Below are positions 49,638 through 58,621 of a DNA stretch of 64,000 bases, piece by piece (position 1 is the stretch's first letter; every line of letters begins with the position of its first letter). A program made the position numbers and the translations under genes. The notes under the pieces are model-generated. The model worked only from the letters and a program-made list of their open reading frames with translations, was not told the DNA's origin and searched no databases. Location: positions 163,353-227,352 of the IMG/VR virus record IMGVR_UViG_3300027770_000027; one strand, written 5' to 3'.

Positions 49638-50495
49638 ATGTTCAAGAAAGCATTAATAGCTCACGAAGCTCCTAGAGCAGCAATGGATAGAGTACAAGAA
49701 ATTACCGACTATGATTATTGTTTGGTACATCTCTTAGAGGAAGACCCCACTTATTTAAAATTTTTTAAAGAAGCTAAAGATAAAGGTAGATCCATCATCA
49801 TGGATTGTAGTCTGTTTGAATTGGGTCATGCATTTGATCCGGAAAAATATTATAAATGGCTTTTAGAAATACAACCAAATGAATACATAATTCCAGACGT
49901 GTGGCAAGAGTGTGAATCTAATTTGAAATCTTACAAAGAATTTACTTCAAAATTTGATCTCTCCAAATTAACTGGGAAACGCATAGGTGTATTACAGGGA
50001 AGGTCTTATGAAGACTTTAAACGAGCATATCTTTTCATGAAAACAGAGGCAGATAAGATTGCTATAAGTTTTGGATATGATTATTACTGGGAAAATTTTT
50101 CAACCAGTTGGCAAATTTCAGGACTTTGGATCGGTCAAAATTTACGTAATGTTGCAGACTTCGAAAAGATGGTAGCTAAGCCAACATCATATGCTCACGG
50201 AAGAACCCATTTAATTGAAAGTTTGTTTGAAGATGAAATCTGGGATACTACAAAGCCTCATCATTTATTGGGATGTGGAATTCCTATAGAATTTGCAAAT
50301 CTAGACCCATCAATTGAAAGTATTGATACCTCTCATCCTGTAATGTGTGGATTTTATGAAAAATCCTACGAAGAACCCACAACCATGTGGAGTAAAATTC
50401 ACGAAAAAATGGTTGATGTATATGATAAAGATATTTCAGACTCACAGTGGAACTTAATCAAATCTAACATAACACAATTTAAAAATCTTGTATGA
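49638..50495 (+). CDS. DpdA/TGT-like TIM-barrel protein (candidate deazaguanine inserter)
   Basis: IMD.S.FELG, PDV, GV.QG, HHLLG and SIDTS.P parallel the TGT-fold motifs; genome encodes a full preQ0 pathway. Confidence 0.65.
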   Translation: MFKKALIAHEAPRAAMDRVQEITDYDYCLVHLLEEDPTYLKFFKEAKDKGRSIIMDCSLFELGHAFDPEKYYKWLLEIQPNEYIIPDVWQECESNLKSYKEFTSKFDLSKLTGKRIGVLQGRSYEDFKRAYLFMKTEADKIAISFGYDYYWENFSTSWQISGLWIGQNLRNVADFEKMVAKPTSYAHGRTHLIESLFEDEIWDTTKPHHLLGCGIPIEFANLDPSIESIDTSHPVMCGFYEKSYEEPTTMWSKIHEKMVDVYDKDISDSQWNLIKSNITQFKNLV

Positions 50496-51304
50496 AAATA
50501 AGCGTTAAATCAATTACCCAACCATTAGTCAGGACAGAAGATGATGTACGATTTCTGACACCTGAGGAATTTATCGTATATACTGCCAGGGTATCAAATC
50601 CGTCAAATCAATTAAACACATTATCAGCTTCTAAATTAATAAAATATTGTATCAATCATGAACACTGGTCTGTGTTTGAACAGGCAGACATGACCCTAGA
50701 AATTGTAACTAGCAGAGACATATCGGCTCAAATTATTCGTCATAAAAGTTTTTCTTTTCAAGAGTTTAGTCAGCGATACAGTGCTGTAACTAACCTAGAA
50801 TCTTTTGATATTAGAAAACAAGCAGAAAAAAATCGTCAATCTAGTGAAGAAATTTTAGATTTGCCAGAAGAAGACATACAGAAAATTACCACTTATTTGC
50901 AAGCTGGTATGGATTTGTATGATTATCTCTTAAAGAAGGGAGCTGCTAGAGAAAGCGCGCGAAAAATTCTTCCTCTTTGTGCACAGACCACTTTATATAT
51001 GAAAGGATCTATAAGATCTTGGATTCATTATATTATGTTGAGGTCTAAAAAAGAAACTCAACTAGAACATCGAGAAATTGCTATAACAGCTGGAAAAATT
51101 TTACAAAAAACATTTCCAGCTGTGTTTGAAGCTTTGGAAGAAATTAAAACAGAGGCAGAAGAATTTGAAAAGTGGAAAGCAAATCCACATTATCAGTGTA
51201 ATGAACACCCCCAGACTTCCCCTTCAAGAGAAGGATTAAAAATTGCGCCAACTCAAGAAGAGATTCGCAAAACTCTGGTTGACAATGGCACATACATACT
51301 TTAA
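50492..51304 (+). CDS. thyX: flavin-dependent thymidylate synthase
   Basis: ARVSNP, HWSVFE, QI.RH.SFSFQEFSQRY, A.E.AR..LP, GS.RSWIH, TQ.EHR. Confidence 0.95.
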   Translation: MKISVKSITQPLVRTEDDVRFLTPEEFIVYTARVSNPSNQLNTLSASKLIKYCINHEHWSVFEQADMTLEIVTSRDISAQIIRHKSFSFQEFSQRYSAVTNLESFDIRKQAEKNRQSSEEILDLPEEDIQKITTYLQAGMDLYDYLLKKGAARESARKILPLCAQTTLYMKGSIRSWIHYIMLRSKKETQLEHREIAITAGKILQKTFPAVFEALEEIKTEAEEFEKWKANPHYQCNEHPQTSPSREGLKIAPTQEEIRKTLVDNGTYIL

Positions 51305-51307
51305 TAT
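51279..51307 (+). promoter_or_regulatory. sigma70 promoter TTGACA-N17-TAATAT
   Basis: Perfect -35, 17-bp spacer, ATG 7 nt downstream at 51315. Confidence 0.65.
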
Positions 51308-51314
51308 TAACATC

Positions 51315-51710
51315 ATGAGTAATGAAAACACACCACAAACAAACGTAGTTGTCTTTTTAGACATCGTTGGCAGAACCATCCTAGCTGAACAGGTAACCAA
51401 GACTGCTACTGAACTAACTGTTAAGAATCCAGTCATCTTTAATGTTGTTCCTGCAGACAACGGTCGTATGACTGTACAATTGTTTCCGGTATTCTTCAAG
51501 GAATTCCTTGCAGACAAGTCTGAAGACACAGTCTTTACTTGGAAGACTGATCAAATTACTGAATCCAATATTACAGCTTTGGATTTCCGACTATTGGGAC
51601 AATATTCTCAAATGTTTAATCCAGCAAATGTATTTGTTCCAGCAAATGAAGCAGGTGCAGTTAATCAACAGCCAGCCAACGCACAGGTTGTTAATTTATT
51701 TGACGAATAA
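51315..51710 (+). CDS. hypothetical protein (possible Sm/SH3-like beta fold)
   Basis: V.F.D..G.TILAE...L.VKNP; start moved to MSNENT. Confidence 0.65.
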   Translation: MSNENTPQTNVVVFLDIVGRTILAEQVTKTATELTVKNPVIFNVVPADNGRMTVQLFPVFFKEFLADKSEDTVFTWKTDQITESNITALDFRLLGQYSQMFNPANVFVPANEAGAVNQQPANAQVVNLFDE

Positions 51711-51718
51711 AAAATAAT

Positions 51719-52846
51719 ATGGCAAAAAAAACCCATTCTCCGGATGTGATGGCTGCTTTTAAGGTCTTAGATGACCTTAATCCAGACGCTACATTTCTCA
51801 ATGAATCCGCTCTTTCAAATATTAGCTCTTTCATTGATACAGGTTCAATGGCTCTTAATGCAATCATTAGTGGCTCCCTCAAAAATGGGGGAGTCCCTTC
51901 TGGTCGTATCACAGGGTTCAGTGGACCAACCTCTTGCGGCAAGACATATATCATTAATCGCATCCTGGCAAATGCTCAAAAAGCTGGTCGTTATGTAGTT
52001 ATTTTTGATACAGAAAATGCAGTAGATGACAAGGGAGCTACTAATATGGGTATGGATACTTCTAAAGTGAAGTATTGTCCTGTAGAGACTGTAGAACAGT
52101 GCCGTAATCAGATTAGCCAATTTTTGGATTCTGTTATTGCTAAAAAATTAAACAGCCAATTTATTATTTCTATAGATTCTCTTGGTAATTTAGTTTCTAC
52201 CAAGGAAATGGCAGACGTTGCTGCTGGAAAAGAAGCAATGGACATGGGTACACGAGCTAAAGGTCTTAAAAGCATGTTGAGAGTATTAACACATAAAGCA
52301 GCAAAAGCTGATGTGCCTATTATTTTCTCAAATCATGTTTATGAAAATCCCGCAGCCATGTTTCCTACATTAGTAAAACAACAATCAGGAGGATCTGGTC
52401 CTCTTTATATGTCTTCTGTATTGGTACAAATGTCTGTAAAGAATGAAAAAACCACAGGAGGAAATACCGGTAGTCGGGATGCCGTAGAAGATACTTCTCC
52501 AATGTCTAAAGACATCAACGGTGTAACTCTACGAGCACTTACTACTAAAAATAGGGTAGTTCCTCCTTTCATGGAAACTGAAATGTATCTTAACTTTAAG
52601 AATGGATTGGCAAAATATTCTGGATTGTTAGATATGGCAGTTGGGTATGGTGTAGTAATCCAAAATGGAGCAACATTTGCGTTGCCAGATGGCACCAAGT
52701 TGGGATATTATAAAAATTGGAGAGACAATGAAGAAATTTGGAATAAAATTCTACCAGAATTAGAAATCAAACTTCATGATGAACTTCAATATAAAAAAGA
52801 AGTAACTTCCAAAGAACCAGAAGACAATGAAGAAGACGAGGACTAG
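51719..52846 (+). CDS. uvsX: RecA-like recombinase UvsX
   Basis: DTGS.ALN..ISG, GP..CGKT, FDTE.A, IDSLGNL, DMG.RAK, NHVY, SGG.G, KNR. Confidence 0.93.
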   Translation: MAKKTHSPDVMAAFKVLDDLNPDATFLNESALSNISSFIDTGSMALNAIISGSLKNGGVPSGRITGFSGPTSCGKTYIINRILANAQKAGRYVVIFDTENAVDDKGATNMGMDTSKVKYCPVETVEQCRNQISQFLDSVIAKKLNSQFIISIDSLGNLVSTKEMADVAAGKEAMDMGTRAKGLKSMLRVLTHKAAKADVPIIFSNHVYENPAAMFPTLVKQQSGGSGPLYMSSVLVQMSVKNEKTTGGNTGSRDAVEDTSPMSKDINGVTLRALTTKNRVVPPFMETEMYLNFKNGLAKYSGLLDMAVGYGVVIQNGATFALPDGTKLGYYKNWRDNEEIWNKILPELEIKLHDELQYKKEVTSKEPEDNEEDED

Positions 52847-52928
52847 TACACGTACCGTCAAAAAAGGAAATGTAACAGTACGCAAAACAGTTACAATTTC
52901 AAAAACAATTAAACCTAGAAAAAAATAA
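52827..52928 (+). CDS. 33-aa highly basic peptide (not in the ORF track)
   Basis: MKKTRTSTRTVKKGNVTVRKTVTISKTIKPRKK*; its stop abuts the queD ATG at 52929. Confidence 0.55.
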   Translation: MKKTRTSTRTVKKGNVTVRKTVTISKTIKPRKK

Positions 52929-53390
52929 ATGGATATATTTGCATCATCTTTATTTGAAAGTACCAAAATAATTGAATTGGGTAGTTGTGCCTTTCGACAG
53001 TGGAGAGCTACAAATTCTCATTGTCGTTTTATTCATGGTTATCAGTTAAAGGCTAAGTTTTGGTTTAGCGGAACAGAATTGGATGATAAAAATTGGGTTG
53101 TAGACTTTGGAAGTCTAAAAGATCTTAAGAAAATCTTACAATCCCAATTTGATCATACCTTGTGTATTGCTCAAGATGATCCATTACTACCATCATTTAT
53201 TCAATTACATGATAATGGTGGATGTGATTTGAGAATCATGGAAGGTGTGGGTATTGAAAAGACTGCAGAGTGGTGTTTTAATGCAGCTGATAAATATATT
53301 AGGGAATCTACCTATGATCGCTGTTGGGTGAGTAAAGTTGAAGTATGGGAACATACAGAAAATTCAGCAACCTATAGGCGTCCCTTTTAA
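52929..53390 (+). CDS. queD: 6-carboxytetrahydropterin synthase
   Basis: SHC..IHGY, LD..NWVVDFG.LK, FDHT, G.E..A, VEVWE...NSA.Y. Confidence 0.9.
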   Translation: MDIFASSLFESTKIIELGSCAFRQWRATNSHCRFIHGYQLKAKFWFSGTELDDKNWVVDFGSLKDLKKILQSQFDHTLCIAQDDPLLPSFIQLHDNGGCDLRIMEGVGIEKTAEWCFNAADKYIRESTYDRCWVSKVEVWEHTENSATYRRPF

Positions 53391-53415
53391 GTAACTCTTC
53401 CCCCAGAACGTTTCA

Positions 53416-53453
53416 AATAAAGGCTATTGACCTTCCCGTCAATAGCCTTTATT
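53416..53453. promoter_or_regulatory. perfect 16-bp inverted repeat overlapping promoter TTGACC-N17-TATTAT
   Basis: aataaaggctattgac-cttccc-gtcaatagcctttatt; -35 at 53427, -10 at 53450, ATG at 53463. Confidence 0.7.
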
Positions 53454-53462
53454 ATATTAGAA

Positions 53463-54845
53463 ATGAAATCTTCTCTTCCGTTAGACCTTTCTCTTTTTGA
53501 GAAACTTATTGTATATAATGCATTAACGGATTCTAGTTATCTTGAAGCTGTTATAGAACATGCAAAACCTTCTTACTTTGAAAACAAAAATATTAAATCT
53601 GTGTTTGAGTCTCTGGCTCAGTATTATTCAACCTACGGCAAAACTCCTAACATTACGGAACTCAAGGTCCACATGGTGGATCAAGAAAAGCGCAATGCGT
53701 TAAAAGAGGTTGCTGTATCATTTGCTGAAATTGATAAAACATATGATAAGGAAATTCTATTAAAGAATTCAGAAAAATTCTTTAGAGAAAAGGCAGTATA
53801 TAATACTGTAATAAAAACCTCCATAGAGGTACAATCAGGTCAAATTAATACATCAAAAATCTTAGAAGATTTTGAAAAGGCGTGTCAAATTAATCTTGTT
53901 GAAAATTATGGATTTGATTATTTGGAAAGTATTGATGAACATTGTAAAGAATTACTCAAAACAGCCAAAACAATTTCTTCAGGATGGAAATGGCTTGATG
54001 AAAAAATTGGAGGTGGATTTTTAGCAGATGGTCGAGCTCTATATGTTTTTTATGGAGTGACCAATGTTGGTAAATCTATCTTTCTTGGAAACATTGCTAC
54101 CAATATTTTGAGTCAAGATAAAACAGTTGTCCTTATTTCTTTGGAAATGTCAGAACAAGTATATGCCAAGCGCATATCTGCTCAATTGACTAAGATTCCA
54201 ATGAATGATTTAACACTTCAGATTGAACCCCTGAAGCAAAGCATCGGCACTTATAAATTAAAACATAAAAATGCCAAATTAATCATTAAAGAATTTCCTC
54301 CTAAATCAGTATCACCAGTACACATCAAATCATACATTGATAAATTGGTGAGAAAAGGAGTAAAACCAGATGTGATTGTGTTAGATTATATTAATCTAGT
54401 AGCTCCTCCAGAAAAGGGACTAAATTCTTACGAATCAGTTAAGCAAATTACAGAAATGGTCAGAGCATTGTCTTACCATTTTGAGTGTCCGGTTATTAGT
54501 GCTACTCAGACCAACAGATCTGCGTATGGAGAATCTAATCCGGGACTTGAAACCATGAGTGAATCTATGGGATTGTCTCATACCGCAGACGCGCAGTTTC
54601 CAATTTGGACAGAAGAAGAAGATTTTGATTTAGGAATTATCCATATGGGTATTACAAAGAATCGATTCGGGCCTAGAGAGTGTCATACTGTTCTAGAAAT
54701 AGATTATCCTACACTCTCTCTGAGAGATCCTAGTGATGTATCTAAAACATACACTCTACCAAGGACAGTTCTGCCCGGATCTACTTCAGGAACCACTAGT
54801 ATTTCCGACACCCTTAAAATGATAGAATCCCTGGACAATGATTGA
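53463..54845 (+). CDS. gp41: replicative DnaB-like helicase gp41
   Basis: G..NVGKS, ISLEMSE, KEFP, LDYINL, SATQ.NR, SES.GL..TAD, KNRFG. Confidence 0.93.
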   Translation: MKSSLPLDLSLFEKLIVYNALTDSSYLEAVIEHAKPSYFENKNIKSVFESLAQYYSTYGKTPNITELKVHMVDQEKRNALKEVAVSFAEIDKTYDKEILLKNSEKFFREKAVYNTVIKTSIEVQSGQINTSKILEDFEKACQINLVENYGFDYLESIDEHCKELLKTAKTISSGWKWLDEKIGGGFLADGRALYVFYGVTNVGKSIFLGNIATNILSQDKTVVLISLEMSEQVYAKRISAQLTKIPMNDLTLQIEPLKQSIGTYKLKHKNAKLIIKEFPPKSVSPVHIKSYIDKLVRKGVKPDVIVLDYINLVAPPEKGLNSYESVKQITEMVRALSYHFECPVISATQTNRSAYGESNPGLETMSESMGLSHTADAQFPIWTEEEDFDLGIIHMGITKNRFGPRECHTVLEIDYPTLSLRDPSDVSKTYTLPRTVLPGSTSGTTSISDTLKMIESLDND

Positions 54846-55755
54846 GGATTTCCTAAATAAAAACATGACCGGATGTGTTAATGCCTTTACCCATAAAGAT
54901 TTGGATGGCGCTGTGAGTCTCCTAACTTTGATGTGGGCACTACCAGACTGTTACATTTCATATAAATCTGTTAATAATTTAGAAATTGAAACCCTCAAAT
55001 CTCAAGTTCAAAGTGTTAATAAACCGTGTAAAACGTTTATTTTAGATTTGGCCTTGAGAGAAGAATTTCTTCCCGATTTAGACCAAGAACACATAACTTT
55101 TATAGATCATCATGAAACTTCTATAGATTTTATTTCAAGATTTCAAAAGGCAAAAATTATACACAAAGATTTATCCTCTAATGCCTTACACATGGCACAG
55201 ATTTTTAAATCTGAAAAATTTCCGGTCAGGACAAATGCTCAAAAAATGCTTATAGCATTGGCGGATGATTTTGATTGTTATCGTTTGAAAATTCCAGAAT
55301 CTTACGATTTAAATTTATTGTTTTGGTCTGAATATAAAAACAATTTTACAAAATTTATTAAAGATTATTCCAATGGATTTAAACCCTTCACAGAACAACA
55401 AAAAAAAGCTATAGAGTTTCTTAAAAGAGAAGCTATAGAAGAAGCAGATAAGCTATCTTTATTTGAAGGCGTCGTTAATTTTGGATCTAAGAAAAAACGA
55501 GTAATAGCAGCCATGGCAGAAAAGTTTACAAATGGTGCTATGGATATAACCATTCAACGCCACCAACCAGATATTTTCTTTTTTATTAATATTAAAACAC
55601 AAAAAGTTTGTGTCAGACAAAACACAAAAGAAGATCCTATAGATGTTGGTAAATTTGCAGAAAAAATTTGTGACGGTGGTGGTCATCGGCATGCCGGTGG
55701 AGGAAAAATTACTCCCTTATTCATGGAAGTAACCAAAAACCTCAAGCCCCTATAA
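54838..55755 (+). CDS. DHH family phosphoesterase
   Basis: TH.DLDG, ILDL, IDHH, GGGH..AGG. Confidence 0.88.
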   Translation: MIEDFLNKNMTGCVNAFTHKDLDGAVSLLTLMWALPDCYISYKSVNNLEIETLKSQVQSVNKPCKTFILDLALREEFLPDLDQEHITFIDHHETSIDFISRFQKAKIIHKDLSSNALHMAQIFKSEKFPVRTNAQKMLIALADDFDCYRLKIPESYDLNLLFWSEYKNNFTKFIKDYSNGFKPFTEQQKKAIEFLKREAIEEADKLSLFEGVVNFGSKKKRVIAAMAEKFTNGAMDITIQRHQPDIFFFINIKTQKVCVRQNTKEDPIDVGKFAEKICDGGGHRHAGGGKITPLFMEVTKNLKPL

Positions 55756-55764
55756 ATAACCAAT

Positions 55765-56136
55765 ATGATCATCACATCATCCCAGCAAATTGAAGACATG
55801 ATGAATCCGTTGGAAGCAACAGATTTAAATGAGTTTGAAGACATCGCCTTAAAATTTGGAGCATTCGTCTGTATAGCTCGGAATAAAAAATTAAATTATC
55901 TTAACTTTCTTAAATTTTTAATTGAAGATAAAAAAACTCAAAAAATCTTTTTTGAATTACTTGGAGATTATAATTTACAGAATATAATTAAAACCTACCT
56001 TAGTTTAACACCCAATATTTATAAAAAGATTTTTCGTTTTAAACAAAACCGACAACCCAATGACCGAAATTCAAAAACAAATATACAACAGCTACCTGAG
56101 ACACTCGCGGCAAGGACTGCCGTGGAAACCCCGTAA
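55765..56136 (+). CDS. hypothetical protein
   Basis: TATAAATA 6 nt upstream of the ATG. Confidence 0.6.
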   Translation: MIITSSQQIEDMMNPLEATDLNEFEDIALKFGAFVCIARNKKLNYLNFLKFLIEDKKTQKIFFELLGDYNLQNIIKTYLSLTPNIYKKIFRFKQNRQPNDRNSKTNIQQLPETLAARTAVETP

Positions 56137-56704
56137 AGACTTTACAGATATTTCAACGGAAACAGAAACGCTACTCGCAAGACTTTCACAATTTTTTGAC
56201 AAATTTAGACATATTAAATGGGATGACTTTTTCGGAGCACCCAACAGCTTGCATCCCGATGAAAAATATCCTCCATTAAAATTTTTTATTTCTCGGGCTG
56301 CTATTAAAACATATAATTTGTATCATAAACAAAGAGAAGATTTGTCTCCCGAAAATCAAGCAGATTGGATTAAAGAGGGTTTACAATTTATTGCAACTTT
56401 TTGCATAACCAATAAAATTCCTCTTGAAAATTATTTGTCTGTTAAAAAAGATTCTATGCCGGTCTGGACAGAACATTACCGACAACATTTTATCAGTCCT
56501 TATAGCCTGATGGAATTGGGAGATATAAACATTAGTGCTCTAGAAGAGGATGAAAGAGAATTATGGATTCCTGGATTGTCTCAAAATTTTTCCTCTTTCA
56601 AATACCGATATCACAATTCTCCTCAAATTAAAAATCTCGTCAAAACCGGGACCTCTAAATTGAAAACTTTAATAAATTCTCACTTGAATTCCCTCTCCGC
56701 TTGA
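56060..56704 (+). CDS. hypothetical protein, possibly a gp59-like helicase loader
   Basis: Helical 214-aa protein immediately upstream of gp32 (T4 59-32 synteny); motif match is weak. Confidence 0.4.
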   Translation: MTEIQKQIYNSYLRHSRQGLPWKPRKDFTDISTETETLLARLSQFFDKFRHIKWDDFFGAPNSLHPDEKYPPLKFFISRAAIKTYNLYHKQREDLSPENQADWIKEGLQFIATFCITNKIPLENYLSVKKDSMPVWTEHYRQHFISPYSLMELGDINISALEEDERELWIPGLSQNFSSFKYRYHNSPQIKNLVKTGTSKLKTLINSHLNSLSA

Positions 56705-56712
56705 CCTATAAT
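56684..56712 (+). promoter_or_regulatory. sigma70-like promoter TTGAAT-N17-TATAAT for gp32
   Basis: 17-bp spacer and perfect -10. Confidence 0.65.
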
Positions 56713-56750
56713 ATTAATCACACAAACCACAAACCACATAACAAATAACC

Positions 56751-57626
56751 ATGAAATACACCGCTAACCTATTTGATTCCATCAAAGAAGCTCTGAACAA
56801 AAAGTCAAATTCTGAAGCCTCTAGTTTTAGAGACTTTATGAAATTAGAAATTGGCAAAACATATTTGGTCCGTCTATTGCCAAATATTAAAAATCCAGAA
56901 CGTACCATGTTTCACTACTACCACCATCTGTGGAATAGTGTGATTACAAATCAAATTACCTCTGTTCTTTGTCCCACCACTTACGGAGAACGTTGTCCTA
57001 TTGATGAATATCGCTCTAAATTGTACCGAGCCCAAGACAAGGCAGAAATTGAACGCAATAAACCAATTAAGCGCAACGAAAATTGGCTTGTGAATGTCTA
57101 CGTCATTCAAGATCCAACCAATCCAGAGAATAACGGACAGGTTAAAATTCTTCGTTATGGTAAACAATTAGATAAGATTATCACAGCAGCAATTTCCGGA
57201 GACGATTCCGCAGAATTTGGTTCCAAAGTTTTTGATCTTTCTGAAAAGGGATGTAATCTTCGGATCAAAGTTGAAGAAAATGAAGGAAAGTATCCTACAT
57301 ACGTTGCGTCAAGGTTTTTGAGTCCATCTACATTGGCCGGAAACCCAGATACAGATCTACTTTATGATAGTGTAAAAGATCTTGAGAGTATCTTTGAACA
57401 CAAATCTTTTGATGAAGTTCAAAAAATCTTTACCCAACACTGGCTCGGTCAAACTGAAGCTACTCCTAAAACCTCTTCTACCAAAGAAGTAGAAGATGAG
57501 GACAATTTTGAAGTAGAGTCTTACACCCCAGCCAAAAAAACCACAACAACCGTCTCTGAAGCAGAAGATGAAACGAATTCAACTCCAGTGGATGATCGCA
57601 TCCAAGACATTCTTCGTGATCTCTAA
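56751..57626 (+). CDS. gp32: single-stranded DNA-binding protein gp32
   Basis: VRLLP, H, CP.T.GE.CPI.E, NVYVI.DP.NPENNG.VKI..YGK...KI, FD....G.N..IK, acidic tail. Confidence 0.92.
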   Translation: MKYTANLFDSIKEALNKKSNSEASSFRDFMKLEIGKTYLVRLLPNIKNPERTMFHYYHHLWNSVITNQITSVLCPTTYGERCPIDEYRSKLYRAQDKAEIERNKPIKRNENWLVNVYVIQDPTNPENNGQVKILRYGKQLDKIITAAISGDDSAEFGSKVFDLSEKGCNLRIKVEENEGKYPTYVASRFLSPSTLAGNPDTDLLYDSVKDLESIFEHKSFDEVQKIFTQHWLGQTEATPKTSSTKEVEDEDNFEVESYTPAKKTTTTVSEAEDETNSTPVDDRIQDILRDL

Positions 57627-57690
57627 TATTTGGAGATTTTTAAAAGAAACTAGCTATTATATACACAAATCATTAACCAATAAAAAACAT

Positions 57691-58539
57691 ATGCCACGCA
57701 TCAAAACCAACGACGACATTCCCGACATTCAAAATACACTTGATGGATTTCCTAAGAAGTATATTCCAAAGGTAGGATCTCGTAATATTGTAGTTCCTAT
57801 GCAGATTCTTCGCAGGGATGGTACTATTAATCCTACTAAGGCAATTATTAGTATGTACACAGATTTGACTCCTGAAGTTAAGGGCACTAATATGAGCCGT
57901 TATCGCATTCTTGTTGAGGAAGTCTTGGCTAATCAAACTCATCGTATTGATGAAGTTATGGATATCCTACTAGATGAATGTAAGCTTCGACTCAAGAGTC
58001 AAAATGCCTACATCAAGATTAAGTTTGATTACTTTCTTAAGAAAGAAGCACCAGTTTCTAAGGTAGTTTCTCACATGGATTATCAGGGATCTCTGGAAGG
58101 TCGACTGATTAACGGAGAAAAGAAATTTTATCTACACGGCAATGTTCTTTACGCTTCCCTGTGTCCATGTTCAAAAGAAATTTCAGATTACGGTGCTCAC
58201 AATCAGCAATCATATGCAGACGTGACAGTTGAGTTGGCTAACGTAGGGACTGCAGAGTCAGATAATATCTATTGGCTAGAAGAATTGATTTTAGCAGTGG
58301 AAAAAAGTTCTTCGGCTCCAATTGTTAATGCACTCAAGCGTGTTGATGAAGCCTATCAAACAGAATTAATGTATGAAAATCCAGTATTTGTTGAAGACAT
58401 GGTTCGTAAGGTTGCAGTTGAACTTGATAAAGATCTTGATGGTCGCATCAAGGATTATCTAGTAATTGTAAACCACTATGAATCCATCCATTCAAGCATT
58501 GCTGTATCAGTAATTAATGCAGGAAGGGACTTGAAGTAG
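57691..58539 (+). CDS. folE2: GTP cyclohydrolase IB
   Basis: PDIQ, I.KVG, KGTNMSR, K.APVS, SLCPCSKEIS.YGAHNQ, LKR.DE...TE..YENP.FVED.VR, ESIH. Confidence 0.93.
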   Translation: MPRIKTNDDIPDIQNTLDGFPKKYIPKVGSRNIVVPMQILRRDGTINPTKAIISMYTDLTPEVKGTNMSRYRILVEEVLANQTHRIDEVMDILLDECKLRLKSQNAYIKIKFDYFLKKEAPVSKVVSHMDYQGSLEGRLINGEKKFYLHGNVLYASLCPCSKEISDYGAHNQQSYADVTVELANVGTAESDNIYWLEELILAVEKSSSAPIVNALKRVDEAYQTELMYENPVFVEDMVRKVAVELDKDLDGRIKDYLVIVNHYESIHSSIAVSVINAGRDLK

Positions 58540-58552
58540 TCAAAAAGTTTAT

Positions 58553-58584
58553 AAAAAAGGCTTCTGGCAACAGAAGCCTTTTTT
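58553..58584. terminator. intrinsic (probably bidirectional) terminator
   Basis: AAAAAAGGCTTCTG-GCAA-CAGAAGCCTTTTTT with a GNRA loop, downstream of folE2. Confidence 0.88.
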
Positions 58585-58621
58585 GTTGCTTTAAACCATT
58601 ATACCTATAATATAATAACAT

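Noticed and set aside
11891-58539. que genes as tRNA-queuosine auxiliary metabolic genes
   Set aside because: No queF, queA or queG in the window; linkage to the replisome and a DpdA-like gene favours DNA modification, though this is not proven
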